This document shows positions 26,248 through 39,747 of a stretch of DNA of 64,000 nt, one piece after another (the first letter of the stretch is position 1; the number at the start of each line of letters is the position of its first letter). The notes beneath the pieces were generated by a model. That model was not told the origin of the DNA. It searched no databases and saw only the letters and a list, made by a program, of their open reading frames with translations. The translations under genes and the position numbers were made by a program. Source of the stretch: Octopus vulgaris (lineage: Eukaryota); the NCBI GenBank assembly GCA_951406725.2, contig OX597819.1, positions 104,346,001-104,410,000 of the forward strand, in the 5' to 3' direction.

Positions 26248-26963
26248 CTGTCTCTGTGTGTGTGTGTGTGTGTGTGTGCAAATATATATGTGTGTATACG
26301 AAAGCTGAATATACAATGTATAATATGTATAATAAGGTATAAGTTAGAGGTGTTTAAACCCTGTAAGTGATAGATGTAACTAGCTTACGCATATCCAATC
26401 CACATCATAAATAAATAATTAATATCTACATTCTACGCTAGCCGACTTTTTTTTCTATAATTCATTTCAGTTGAGAACTACAAACTCCTTTTATATGTTA
26501 AATCTCCCCTTTCTATCTTTTTCTTTACTTTTTCATTGCACTCCTCAAACCTAAATATTATCCCGACACCTTGTCTGTTAACACGGTAAATCGTACCCCT
26601 GCTAGATATAAACATTACCCTTATTTACGGCTTCCTTTGTACGTATACGAACTACCTACAACGTATAAGTTAGTGGCACATAGGTCCTATTAATCACACC
26701 GGATATCCCTAATTAGGGATAACTCCCTCAGATTACACCGGCGGTCAACTAGCCGAACTGGCAGACACGTGGAAGTCATGCTAATAACTAACTACGAGAC
26801 CTTAGATTCAACTAACCTCTATCCTTCATCGACCTCACAATGGATTTAATGAATTTTGAACCTAACTAAATTGTAAGTCTTTCGAATCATTGAACATTTT
26901 CTTCTCCGGTTTCTCCCTCTGTATTTCGTTCTATTCTCCTCTTTGTCTATCTCTGCCCTCTTC

Positions 26964-27040
26964 GTTCTGATGACGTCTACCATTTGCAACGATGTAAATG
27001 CATATTTACCTCAACATGGTACACGGAACCAGCTGTAAAC
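26964..27040 (+). ncRNA. Type I hammerhead ribozyme with one core substitution, within a putative Penelope-type repeat (~26330-27140)
   Basis: gtt-CTGATGA-cgt.taccat..atggta.acg-GAAC-cagctg-TA-aac. GAAA reads GAAC, so it is probably inactive. Confidence 0.65.
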
Positions 27041-27564
27041 TCACTCTTACCCTCACCTTGCTTAACTAATTAAATAATGGCTTTTTAGCACAAAAGACAC
27101 ACTTCTCATTGTTGTTTTTCCTCCATTTTCTTATCGTCTATAATATGTATAATATGTACGATACATGCAAAATGAACACCAACATACACACTCATTGTCT
27201 TTAAAAACATTAATTAAAAGTATTAATTATGATAATTACTTAAAAGTACTATGTTGGAACATTGCTTTGGCAGCAACGCAATATAATGACTTCAGTTGTA
27301 TGGAGTCTATGATGTTTATAATAATATTACCGCGAGAACATGAAATGAAATAAAAAGCATGAGTTTTCGCAGGTGTCGCTCATAAAGGTTTTTAAAAGAA
27401 AGAATATAAGCGCAAACATTTTCTTCAAACTTTGATCTCATATTTAAAAATCAAATATTTAGGCAGTGAATATTCAAGAGAAAACCAAGCTCGGTTTACC
27501 AGCTGATGATCGGAAACGAGCAATTCGGAGTTATGGAAATCAGAACTTTTCTACTTCACACAAG

Positions 27565-27606
<42 letters not shown>

Positions 27607-27677
27607 TACACACACACACACACACACGCACGCGCGCACGCACACACACACAGACATATTCACACACACACACACAA

Positions 27678-29054
27678 GCTATCGGCCGATTGCAAGCAGG
27701 GCAGCGTGCCCTTGTTGCGAAATCTTACAATGTCCATGTCAGCACCATCTCTCACCTGCAACAGCGATACAGCAACACCAACAGTACTGCAGAGGGCGCC
27801 CTTGGGTTACCACGCCCAGACTGGACTGCTTCATCCGCTTGCAACACTTCCGTTATCGCTTCAGACCGGCCAAAATGAGAGCTCGCGATACCATTGGCAC
27901 TGGACAGCAACCCATCAGCGACAGCACGGTACGACATCGACTGGCCGCCAACAACCTGCGTTGCTGCTTTCCTGCTTGAGGGCTTGACCTCACCGCCTGC
28001 CAGAAACCCCTTTGACAGTTTTCTTCAAATTATGCCAATGTGATCTGTTTGCCCGAACACTGTCGTATGTTGAGGTTCCTGTGTACTATACCTGGACACA
28101 AAATAGATGGAACAGACGCAAGGAAAGAGCACCCCTTGAGGGCTGGGAAGAACATGTTATCTTCGGTGCTATCGGGCGAGTGTACACTGTGCATCCTAAT
28201 CAGCAAGAGTGTTTCTTTTTGCGTCTACTGCTATACAGCACCGACATTGGCGGCATCAACAATGGAGGTCGATAGCCTTCTCTGACGAGAGCCAGTACTG
28301 CGTTTCTCCCTTGAAGTGAGGGTGTGGAGTAAGAGGGGTGAACGCTACAGAGATGCATGTGTTGTGGAGAGAGACGCGTTGGGTGGCTGAAGCATCATGG
28401 TTTGGGGTACTATAGGCTTGAATCAGAGAATTAGGCCTCATACGTTCCAAAATGTTGGTGCAGGCAGAGGGAGTGGCATCACAGCGCAGCGCTTCCTTGA
28501 CCAGATCCTAAGACCTCACATCGTGTCCTTCTTCGCGCATCTTCATAGCCACATGTTCCAACAGGACAATGCTCCCTCCCCCACGGCTAGGGTCACCATG
28601 AACTTACTGTGTCAGCACATCAGAACCAAGCCGTGGCCGGCTCTCAACCCGGATTTGGACTCAATTGAACACACGTGGGATGAAATCCAGAGATGGCTGA
28701 ACCAGGTGGCCCAAGGCCGACAACTCATGTGGAACTGGAGGCAGCTTTCCTCAAGATGTGGGCGCAGGTGCCAATTGCTTTTGTTAACCATCTCATGCAT
28801 TCCATGTACCGACGGTGTATGGCCGTTTTGAACACCCAGGGATGGCGTACACGGTATTGAATATGTCACGCCCTGCAATCTCGATGTGCTGGATCCGCCC
28901 ACTACCAGAACACATGACAACGACCCACAGACTGTGGTCAACGTACATCCAAGAAATTGACTTGATCAGATTGATCAAAATTTACCTCTGACAATGAAAT
29001 CAAAACATATTTCACAGTTACACACGTCTCGCGTTTCTTTTGCGGTGCAGTATA
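27678..29054 (+). mobile_element. Decayed Tc1-family DDE transposon lacking its left end
   Basis: IGRLQAG..VAKSYNVHVSTISHLQQRY (HTH), GRPWVTT, WRSIAFSDES, MVWGTI, FQQDNAP, WPALNPDLDSIEHTWD. The right end CGTTTCTTTTGCGGTGCAGTATA is TIR-like. Confidence 0.92.
28003..28232 (+). pseudogene. Helitron Rep-region fragment embedded in the Tc1 transposase
   Basis: TPLTVFFKLCQCDLFARTLSYVEVPVYYTW..W.RRK..AIGRVYTVHPNQQECFFLRLLL is a conserved Helitron RepHel block. Confidence 0.9.
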
Positions 29055-29153
29055 TACTATAAATAAAAAGTACACAGAACTGAAATAAAACTCCAAATTA
29101 AATAATGTCAAGTAGTAAACCATAGTATTCAATGCATTACGTAGAATAAATTA

Positions 29154-29203
<50 letters not shown>

Positions 29204-29204
29204 A

Positions 29205-29251
<47 letters not shown>

Positions 29252-30399
29252 ACATGTAAATATCTATCAATGTAACTATCTATCCATCTAGCTACCTACC
29301 TGCTTGTATACAAGCAAAGGCACAAACTGATCTACTTCTAAATGTACGTATTTGTGCAAGAGTATATGTATGAATTTATGCATGCATTTATATTTATATA
29401 TGTACACATAAAGTTTATTCGGGATTTATTTAAATATCCTTTCCTTTCCAGAATTAAAGCTGGTCACTCACAAAATGACAAGGCTCTTTTCTTTAAATCA
29501 AAACAGGTCTTGCTTGGTGCAAGATATGTGAATAGGTTAGTGTGTTCACATGTTCACATGTACGAGGCGTGCAGGTTTGTTTCATTGCTTTCAACTTAAG
29601 TGTGTATCCGTGTGTATTTCGTATGTATGTATGTTTATAGTTTATGTATATATATATGTATATGTATATTTGTATATATCAATATATATAACATATCTAT
29701 ATGTGTGAACACATACATATATACATACACATGTATAGTTTCATTATGCATGTATACATATATACATACACAAACATATATACATACACAAACATATATA
29801 TATGTATGTATGCTTGTGTGTGTGTTTGTGTGTGTGTTTGTGTGTGTATGTGTTTGTGTGTGTGTGTTGTGTGTGTGTGTTGTGTGTGTGTATGTATACA
29901 CAGACACTTTCTGTTTCGAATATGGCTATGTATTTCTGTCCATCTATTGTATACCATTTGCTTCTCAATAAATATTTTAACAAAACTAAATGTTAATGCT
30001 GAATGTGAAACACAAGTAGGAATTCGAGGAAAAAGATGGAAAAATGGGGGAGGAGTTTATTCAAATAGAAGAACTAATAAATTAATAAGAACCAGCGAAG
30101 ATTTTCTAAATTAGCGAAAATTTGACATTTTTCATTTGCTTTGTTAATTAGCTGCTAATTAGTATGTCGCTGCATTTAACGCAGTTTGCGAAACACTGAA
30201 GTGATTCTGATTTTTAGTTTAGTTTTTGTGTATTTGCAAAAATGTAGTTTTCAGACTGATAAACATTGAGGTCCAGGTATCGGTTTCCCCGCGATCTTTG
30301 TTTCTGGTTCTCTGTATTTTGGGTTCAAATTCCGCCATGGCTTTGTTTATTGTAAATTTGATACATAAATCGGCTCGTCACCACCATATGGACTTTTAT

Positions 30400-30880
30400 A
30401 AGTCTTCAGCAGATGTTACTGTTGCAAGCTTTCGGAAGGGGAAAAACCCGAAGCAATCACAAAGAGGAATGCAAATAAAAACTCTAAGATGAATGTAATG
30501 ACAGTGTATATCATCAGAGTAAATCCCATAATGACATCTCCGTTGGTTAGTTCACATGCAAGCTCCCAGAAAGCATTTCTATAGGGAACTCTCTTCTGGC
30601 AAGAAAACGCTAGGACGACCACATCTTCATATCAAAGAATGAAGTCACTGAACATGGTTGCAGAAATTTGGCATGTGATCACAGTGCATGTGATCATTCT
30701 TGCTGGAGGTTAGAACAGGGCAGAATTTTTTTTAAAAACCAAAGGGAAGCTGAGTGTTGCTGTTGAAGAAAAATTATACACCCCAGGAGAGTGAAAGCAG
30801 CGACTTCCTTCAAATGCAGTTAGTGCAACCAGGACTGTCACTCTCGAACGGAATTCTACAATTATAGTAGACTAGTACTG
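30400..30880 (+). pseudogene. Decayed 3' end of an RTE-clade LINE
   Basis: LRWLVHM..PRKHFYRELSSGKKTLGRPHLHIKE and a terminal zinc-finger remnant FKCS*CNQDCHSR. Confidence 0.7.
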
Positions 30881-31499
30881 TCAACAAAACCAAAGTAAGA
30901 CATTTCAAAACTCTTGAGATGAATGGTTATCTCAGAAAAATATCTTTCTATCCATCCATCCATCCATCCATCCATCCATCCATCCATCCACCCAGCTACC
31001 CATTCATCTATTCATCTATCCAAACATACATAGATACATACATACACACAATATGTAGGCACGCACGCACACATACACACATGTACACACGCACACACAC
31101 ACACAACACACACATATGTGTCTACACATGCATACATACACATACATAACTCCATATACTGATAATATCCACTCAAAGAGGTTGAATAACTCAACAGTAG
31201 CACACCATCAGAAAAGGTCATGTAGTACAATATTCCCAGAAAGTTGTCAAGTCACAGCAACATTTATATAACAGTTTATTCTTCAGTTACACCGGGACAT
31301 ATACTCTCAGGTTGAAAAATGTGCTTTGGCAATACAAAAACAAAAGATATATCAAAATAACTGATGCACAAAAGGGATAGGGATACAAGCAGATCACCTT
31401 GATAAGACTGCTTAATTTTTGGAATCAACGACGAGAATTTTACTCATATCTGAAAATATCATCAAGGAATAATTTCGTGTTAGAAAATTATATAGCGAA

Positions 31500-31800
31500 A
31501 CTTGTAGAAAGAACTCAAACATGGATAATATAATCACATATAATATGAAAGAGTATTTGTGAAATATTTCTGTCAAGACTTCAATAAAATTCAAATGTAA
31601 CAAATTAGATTTAATAACCTTAGACAAAAAACAGAAAATTTCCACTGTCGTTGAAATCAGTTACCCACGAGGTTAAAGTAAAGGTGTTTAGTAAAAGCGT
31701 TTAATATGCTGAACTGACAAGAAGTCTGCAGGTACTCCATCAGGTCTTTTATTTTAGATTATATTATTGAAAAAATTGGTCCAGTGCCATCTTAAATCTT
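31500..31800 (+). pseudogene. Highly decayed RLE-type LINE endonuclease remnant
   Basis: NISVKTSIKFKCNKLDLITLDKKQKISTVVEISYP resembles NKPDL..D...K...VEIS.P. Confidence 0.4.
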
Positions 31801-32159
31801 AGGGTCACTGGAAATTTGCCGTACGGGTCTAGGGGCATAATTCTGATCTACGTATACTGCGGCTTGCTGTCAATAAATCATATAGAGTAGAGTGCTTTGA
31901 TTTCCCTGAGTCCTATGATGTTGCTAAGACGGCCCTGATTTGGTTAGATGACTAACTGCCTTGGTACCAATCTTGAGAAGTTGGGCTTCTCAAAATCTTA
32001 AAGGACATACCTAATCAAGAGATTAAGTCTACAACCTGTCGAAGGTACTGTCAATAATATAAAACGTTCAAAACGTTAAATATCATGATATTTACATATA
32101 CAATAGCATCTCTGCTTTCAACCATGTGTGTGTGTGTGTGTGTGTGTACACATATAATA

Positions 32160-32368
32160 TAAGGCATCCTTCTCGAGCACTATGGGGTCGTAATGGCCGG
32201 TTTCCAGTTTCCGTGGCGTATATATATTTAACTCCCTGAATGGGACTGAGGCAACGTGTAATGAAGTGTTTTGCTCAAGAACACAAAGAGTCGCCTGGTC
32301 AAAGAGTTGAAACCACAATCTTACGATCATGAATTGAACACTCTGAACACTTGGCCACATGTCTCCAC
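32160..32368 (-). mobile_element. Diverged tRNA-derived SINE
   Basis: Minus strand GTGGCCAAGTGTTCAGAG..GGTTTCAACTC..TGTGTTCTTGAGCAAAACACTT; the head is related to 44790-44925. Confidence 0.7.
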
Positions 32369-32649
32369 AGCGTGTAAGCATACATATGTATATATAAACA
32401 TGTATACATGTGCAAAGGTGAATAAGCATGCGTACATATAAACACATATGCATAAATACATACATATGGTCATGCATAAACACACACACATGCTATTCTC
32501 TTACAGCTGATATAATTGCTGTCATCATGATCGTTCTTCATTATCGTCATGGCCATCATAATCATCATCCTCATCATTACCCTCATCATCAGCAGTATCA
32601 TTACAATAAAGAAATTACCATCAAAACTTGCAACTGCAACAGAACGATT

Positions 32650-32792
32650 ACACTACCACCGCCGTCACCGCCACCACCGCCATCATCATCACCACCACCA
32701 CCACCACCACCACCACCACCAACGCCACCGCCGTCACGGTCGTCGACGTCATCATCATCATCATCATCATCATCGTCCTCGTCATCGTCGTT

Positions 32793-32823
<31 letters not shown>

Positions 32824-32992
32824 ACATCGTCACCTTCACGATGTTCATTTGCAATACTTTGTTCTGACCAAACCCACTTTCAGTATCAGGAACAATCAAT
32901 AAAATGTCAAAAAAAAAATGGTCGAACACAACAAATCATCGTTGTCGTTGTCGACATCGTTGTCATCATCACCGTCATCATCATCATCATCG

Positions 32993-33047
<55 letters not shown>

Positions 33048-33066
33048 CATCATTATCATCATCGTC

Positions 33067-33121
<55 letters not shown>

Positions 33122-33141
33122 ACATCATCATCATCATCGTC

Positions 33142-33172
<31 letters not shown>

Positions 33173-33178
33173 CCATCA

Positions 33179-33209
<31 letters not shown>

Positions 33210-33228
33210 CATTATCATCATCATTGTC

Positions 33229-33259
<31 letters not shown>

Positions 33260-33266
33260 CCATCAC

Positions 33267-33298
<32 letters not shown>

Positions 33299-33316
33299 AC
33301 ATCATCATCATCATTG

Positions 33317-33358
<42 letters not shown>

Positions 33359-33378
33359 ACATCATCATCATCATCGTC

Positions 33379-33409
<31 letters not shown>

Positions 33410-33416
33410 CCATCAC

Positions 33417-33455
<39 letters not shown>

Positions 33456-33459
33456 TGTC

Positions 33460-33490
<31 letters not shown>

Positions 33491-33497
33491 CCATCAC

Positions 33498-33529
<32 letters not shown>

Positions 33530-33573
33530 ACATCATCATCATCATTGTCATCAACATCATCATCACCATCATC

Positions 33574-33605
<32 letters not shown>

Positions 33606-33614
33606 CACCATCAC

Positions 33615-33651
<37 letters not shown>

Positions 33652-33860
33652 GTCATCGTCATCATCATCAGTAACACCTGCAGTGGCAGTAGCAGCAGCA
33701 GCAGCAATAGCGACAAGAGCAAAGAGAGAATTTAATAGAATTGCAAAAACAAAAGACCATCCACAGCATCATTAACAACAACAACAACAACAACGACGAC
33801 GACGACGATGACAACAGCAATAACACCACCACCATCATCATCATCATCATCATCAACTAC
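32650..33860. repeat. Long compound (CAC)/(CAT)n array with higher-order structure
   Basis: (CAT)n punctuated by recurring AAC, GTC and ACC variants. Confidence 0.95.
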
Positions 33861-34284
33861 AACAGTAGCAAATTACTGTGCTCATCACCCCTCTCCACCT
33901 AACCGTTAACCTGAATATACTTAGACAACATTTCCATCTCATTAGCAGGGTTTTTTTTTTTTCTTAGTAATCACCGTAAATCTTTGGTAATTACTGATAC
34001 GTAAGATATGACAGAAGAATATGATAAAAGATAGGGTCGGAGGGAAAGGTGGAAGTAAAGGAAAGAAATAACGATTGAAGGAAATGAAGAAATGCCAGGC
34101 TGACAGAACGAAGGTAGATTCTGGAGAAGTACGAAGCTTGAAATCATAGAAGCAAGTCAATTGAATTAAGAATAATTAAAAAATTATTAGCGGAAATGAA
34201 TATTCATGAGACTAGTGAAAAAATGAAGAAAGAGTAAATTGTGATTATTTCATGTTTCTCAAGTAGGTTATTGTAGTCTGGTTT

Positions 34285-34700
34285 AGAGGGAGGGAGGGAG
34301 GGAGAGAGAGGGGAGGGGGAGGAGAGAGAGAGGGAGGGACAGAGAGAGACAGATAAAGAGGGAGAGAGAGTGGAAGGGAGAGAAAGAGAGAGTGGGAGGA
34401 AGAGAGAGAGAGAGTGGAAGGAAGAGAAAGAGAGAGTGGAAGGAAGAGAAAGAGAGAGTGGAAGGAAGAGAAAGAGAGAGTGGAAGGAAGAGAAAGAGAG
34501 AGTGGAAGGGAGAGAAAGAGAGAGTGGAAGGAAGAGAGAGAGAGTGGAAGGGAGAGAAAGAGGGGGGAAAGGAAGAGAGAGAGCGCGAAAGGGAGAGAAA
34601 GGGAGAATGGAAGAAAGAGAAAGAGGGGGGAAAGGAAGAGAGGGAGAGCAGAAGGGAGAGAAAGGGAGAGTGGAAAGAAGAGAGAGAGTAAGACTGGAAG
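34285..34700. repeat. Purine-rich tract with a 22 bp minisatellite (GAGAGAGTGGAAGGAAGAGAAA)
   Basis: About 9 tandem units at 34363-34560 within a long polypurine strand. Confidence 0.9.
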
Positions 34701-35096
34701 GGAAAGGTAGGAAAATAAGGATAAGAAGAGGAGGTGGAAGAAAAGGGTATAGTTGGAAGAAACGATCACGGTGGAAGAAGAATTGGAAAGAGAGGAATGA
34801 GTTGAGGAGAAAAATGGGGAAGATGAGATGACGAAGAACATGTCAAATGTAGAAGAAAAATGAAAGACAATGATTGTGAGTAGGAGGGTAAGGAAGTCTA
34901 AGAAAGGATTCAATAGAAAGGAAGAAAAAGAAGAAAATATAGAGGTTGCAGTAAAAGGAGACGAGCAGAAAGAGAAGAGGAAGTAAAAGAGAAAGAAGAG
35001 GAGGAGAGGGGAGGTGGAGAAAAAGTAAAAATAACAGGGGAGGAAAATGTAGAATATGAAGTAGGAAAAAGAAAATGTACAAATGACGTACACAAA

Positions 35097-35166
<70 letters not shown>

Positions 35167-35724
35167 GAGTGAGAGAGCAGTTCATGCCATCAAAGTGACA
35201 CTGGGGTAAAATATACGAAGCCCAATATACCCATCATGACTACCCGTCTGATAAGGGTACACCAGGCACATGCATCACAACCATATGTGCGCGACATGGT
35301 GATCTCATATCAAGATAAACAGCATATGACCTTGCAGGTGGGGCCCCGTTAGAATTTTCTTCAGGTTGAGTAGCCCATCCCGCTCAAAAGGTCCCTGAAT
35401 AAGTGTTGCTTAAGGATGTTGAAAGAAACACCCATGTTTCCAGAGGTGAATTATTCAAACCCCAAAGAATTCCTCTCAACACATGGCTATGATGCTCCCC
35501 CACTACTTCTGCTCGTGATCAGAGATGTACATATCGTCAGCCACTCAGGGACATGCTCAACTGGTTAAGGTCAAACAACTGACAAGCAAATCTGTGGTAT
35601 TGAGCAGAATATTTGCTGTAGCCCATCTTTTATACCAAGACAAAACAATGTACATGATAACACTTCCAATCAGTTAAGATCTGAAGCCATGAGAGCCACT
35701 GCCTGGTACTGCATCAGGGCATTT
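35167..35724 (-). mobile_element. Full-length family F non-coding element in (TAA)n
   Basis: Starts AAATGCCCTGATGCAGTACCAGG and ends CTGCTCTCTCACTC on the minus strand. It has (AAT)n flanks, no ORF, and 3 other copies in the window. Confidence 0.88.
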
Positions 35725-35728
35725 ATTA

Positions 35729-35912
<184 letters not shown>

Positions 35913-35934
35913 CATTATTATTATTATTATTATT

Positions 35935-36260
35935 AAGGCGGCGAGCTGGCAGCATCGTTAACACGCCGGGTTAAATGCTTAGCGGGGGTTCGTCTGTCAC
36001 TACGTTCTCAGTCCAAATTCCGCCGAGGTCAACTTAGCCTTTCATCCTCTCGGGGGTCGATAAATTAAGTACCAGTTGCGTATTGGGGTCGATGTAATCG
36101 ACTGGCCCCCTCTTCCCCAAAATTTCGAACCTTGTGCCTAGAGTAGAAAAGATTATTATTATTAAGGCGCCAAGCTGTCAGAATTGTTAGCACACCTGGC
36201 GAAATGCTTAGCGGTATTTCGTCTGCAGTTACGTTCTGAATTCAAATTCCCCCAAATCTG
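35935..36260 (+). mobile_element. Two tandem family A SINE copies, the second partial
   Basis: AAGGCGGCGAGCTGGCAG.. heads at 35935 and 36163. Confidence 0.82.
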
Positions 36261-36289
36261 AGGCCTTGTACACCCAGTAGAATGGATGG

Positions 36290-36356
<67 letters not shown>

Positions 36357-37357
36357 GACAAGACGAAGAGCGCGATGCGAATACAATAGATATTTTATTG
36401 GTTGAACGATGTTTTAACAGCAAGCCTATCTTTGTCGAGCTCAAAATAAAATGTGAAAAAATTCAAAATTATAGAAATTCAAATCTAAAGTATGAACGAG
36501 AGCAACTAGCATCCACACGTTAATGGAATGACATCATCAGTTTTTAAGTTTCAATTTTATAACTGGCGAAAAGAAAAAGACGGAAAAAAGCATGAAAAAA
36601 GGAAAGGAAAAAGAAGAATATTCAATGAAACAGTTTTGTGTAAATTTGATCATATTATCTCCTGTCATTTTATTCATTCCTCCTGAGCGTGATGTTAATA
36701 ACCCGCAAGCATATTTTCTCGTCATGCAATTTGAGTATTGAAAGGGAAGCAGATTCAGAATATTTTCTGAGAATATGCACTTTCAAGCCTTTTCCAAAAT
36801 TGCAGCCGTTTGAAACAAAATATTCGGCAAGTTCTGTCTTACTATAGTTATTGTGCCTGACGTCATATCTGTGCCCATTAAATCTTTTGTTTAATTATTC
36901 TGTTGTACAACCAACATACATGAAGTTGTGTTTCGTGCTTTCTGCCGCGTACACCAAATGGGAATCTCTACATGTCCCACCTTCTGTATAAATCATAACA
37001 TTTCTGTTATGATTCCTGATGGAATTCTCTCAACTCCTGTTGTTGCACAATAAACAAGGCTTACCTCTCTTGCAGCCGTTTTTCCAATGCAGATATCCCA
37101 ATGCTAGTTTTCTTGGAGTCAGAAATAGAGGTCAATTGTTCTCTTATATTCTTATTCCGTCTAAAGTCTACAATAGGCGGCTGAAGAAATATCTGTTTGA
37201 AACGAGAATATTTTCGTGCAACATTCTGGTAACTTTCATGCAACATTTTTGAAATACCAGCGAAATTTCGGTAGCCGTTAATCACTAAAGGAAGTCTGTC
37301 ACACATGGCATTGTGTTTGCTAGAATTATGCGTGGAGGTTTGACTTTCTTTGCTCAT
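36357..37357 (-). mobile_element. Decayed Penelope-like element 3' part: linker, GIY-YIG endonuclease and terminal repeat remnant
   Basis: Minus strand KQIFLQPPIVDFRRNKNIREQL, GCKRGKPCLLCN, HLVYAAESTKHNFMYVGCTTE*LNKRFNGHRYD, LLTSRSGGMN. A CTGATGA hammerhead remnant lies downstream at ~36500-36545. Confidence 0.85.
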
Positions 37358-37359
37358 CT

Positions 37360-37690
37360 TAGCTATCTCATTTGCTATTTCATTAAATCATGATTCACTG
37401 TACCAAACTGGATGACTAGAAGGAGGACAATACTCCTTATGAAAGCAAGGGTAATACAGGTAGTAACTTTAGACCAATCACTTGCTTACTATTAGTGTGA
37501 AAGCTGTTAACAGGAATGCTTTCAGAAAGCATTTACAATCACCTTGACAACCAGAATTAACTGCGAGAAGAACAGAAGGATTGCAGAAAGAAAGATAGAG
37601 GAACGCACAATCTATTATACATAGACAAAGCAGTTCTACATGAAGTAAAAGCTAAACAGAGAAACCTAACAGTAGCAGGGATAGATTGCA
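37360..37690 (+). pseudogene. R4/Dong-clade RT fragment
   Basis: PNWMTRRRTILLMK..NFRPITCL..KLLTGMLSESIYNHL..EEQKDCRK..RGT..LLYIDKAVL. Confidence 0.85.
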
Positions 37691-39617
37691 CATTACAAAG
37701 ATCAGTGGGGACAGGCAGTCCCCTTCGAAGATGCCCCTCCTAATTTCTACTGTCCCTAAACTTCTTGTATTTGTCAGGTCTGTCCTCCAGTTCGCCATAC
37801 TTTTTCCAAGCAATCGCTCAACATTCGATGCAATACCCAAATAAGTTCATACACTCCATAAACCAAGAATGTGGGATCATATCGTACACCTTACGATTGT
37901 CGATCCATGACATGGCTAAGTTACTTTTCCTCGTCTCGCAGTCTCTATCAGGAGCTGATCCTTGATCCCTCTGCACGTACGCGTGCAACCATTCTGCTTA
38001 TGTGGCAGGGCTCCATTTTTTTCCAGATGTTCGTACATTGACTCTGCGAGTATTCCAGTCAATAACTTCCATATAAGCGACAAACAGGATATCGGCCTGT
38101 AATTGTCTACCGTATTGCCTTTTGCGATGTTTTTCAAGTACAACACTGTCCCTATCCAATGTCAACCACTCTTGTGTTACTTGGTCGGAATTTAACAAGG
38201 TATTGAGTTGCGCAGCTATTCCTGCATAACATTCACCAGCTCTTTTGATCCAGTAGCGTTGAACTCCATCTGGTCCCGGGGTCTTCCAGCTGCTCATTTT
38301 TTTACTGATTTCCTTCACTTCCCTAACTGAAATGACTAGTTCTACCTGATTTGGACAGTTCTTGCAACCATTCAGCATTCTTCTTGTGCTCCTTGTCTTT
38401 GTTCCAGATGTCATCCCAAGACCTTTGACTTTCAATGTTATATGGTATCAACTTTTCATCAGTACACTCTCCATCTAATTCTTTATAGAATCTCTTCTGA
38501 TCTACTCTGAATAATCTATTCTGGCGGTAACCCTTCATTCTTTGGTCGTATCTTACCATCTTTACATTCTTTGCAATGAGGCGCTGTTTCAGTTCCTCCA
38601 TTGCTACTTTCAAGCCCTTTCTTTCAGCATTATATTTCCTTTTCAGCGCCCCGTATTTTTGTTCGGTTTTAAGCTCCCCTTTCTCTTTTCGGTCAAACAC
38701 AGAGATTTCCTTCGAAAGCATGTCTAACCTTGCCTAGATTCTTCTTTTCCACCATGGATCTTTTCTTTTGTCACCCCCATTTTGTTTCTTTTTCTTGACA
38801 TCAACACCCACATTTTCTGCTACAACAATACTTGCAGCCTTGGTCAAAGTATTTGTTTCTGTGATGTTGTTTGTTCTGATGTATTTCAGAATTTCATTGG
38901 CATTTTTCGTTTCTTGGTTCAATTTCCATCGATCAACCTCTTCAAGTTTGCAAATAATGTCGCTATCGTCCTCCTGTAGTCTTGCCTTTATTCTGTTGTA
39001 GATTGCCTTTTGTTCATCTGTCATGTCGCTATTAGATTTACCGTCTTCTTTTAGATCATTTATATGTCTCTCATTAAGTAAACTACCACTGCTCCTTCCT
39101 GTGCAATGAGATTACTCTTATTAGTAAGAACTGTATTTTCATTCTTATCTATGCTGCTATTGTCCATGACCCGTCTTTTGATAGCTTCGAGCTCTACTTC
39201 TGTGAACCAACATTTTTTTCTTATTGCTCTCGCTTAATCACATAGTCTCTGTTCCGTGAGTTGAAACAATCCCTTTCCTATCCAAGGATGTTACATACGT
39301 TGTCAGTAACCCCTAATTTGAGCACCATTTTCATCTACCGCGCTGCTCAAGTAGTAACACACCATGACCACAGCATTAATTTGCTTGCTCCATCTATGCC
39401 GTGTGTGGTGGTCCCTTTCTGGATATCAACAGGCTGTAGCCGGACCAGAATCTCTGAGCCTACCGTGTGCAACACTGTCACCATCATTGGTTTCAGTTTC
39501 ATTATCACAATTATTCACAATATTTTGTTTTTTCATTGTCACTCATATGAGGTAGCGATTATCAGGTTGCGCAATCACCAGTGTTTTTATTGTGACACCA
39601 TCACAAGATGTATCAAC
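37690..39617 (-). mobile_element. 5' half of a decayed R4/Dong-clade LINE (N-terminal domain to mid-RT)
   Basis: [90 protein letters not shown]. The 5' end abuts (AAT)n on the element strand. Confidence 0.92.
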
Positions 39618-39722
<105 letters not shown>

Positions 39723-39747
39723 CATTATTATCATTATTATTATTATT

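Noticed and set aside
32428-33775. Long ORFs of 435, 285, 271 and 256 aa
   Set aside because: They are translations of (CAT)n/(CAC)n, which lack stops in most frames; there is no domain or splice evidence.
35480-35724. Faint U1 snRNA-like words in family F (TACCAGGCAGTGG, GTAGTGGGGGA)
   Set aside because: The matches are short and wrongly spaced, with no Sm site or 5' splice-site-pairing sequence. An Rfam search would be needed to revive the idea.
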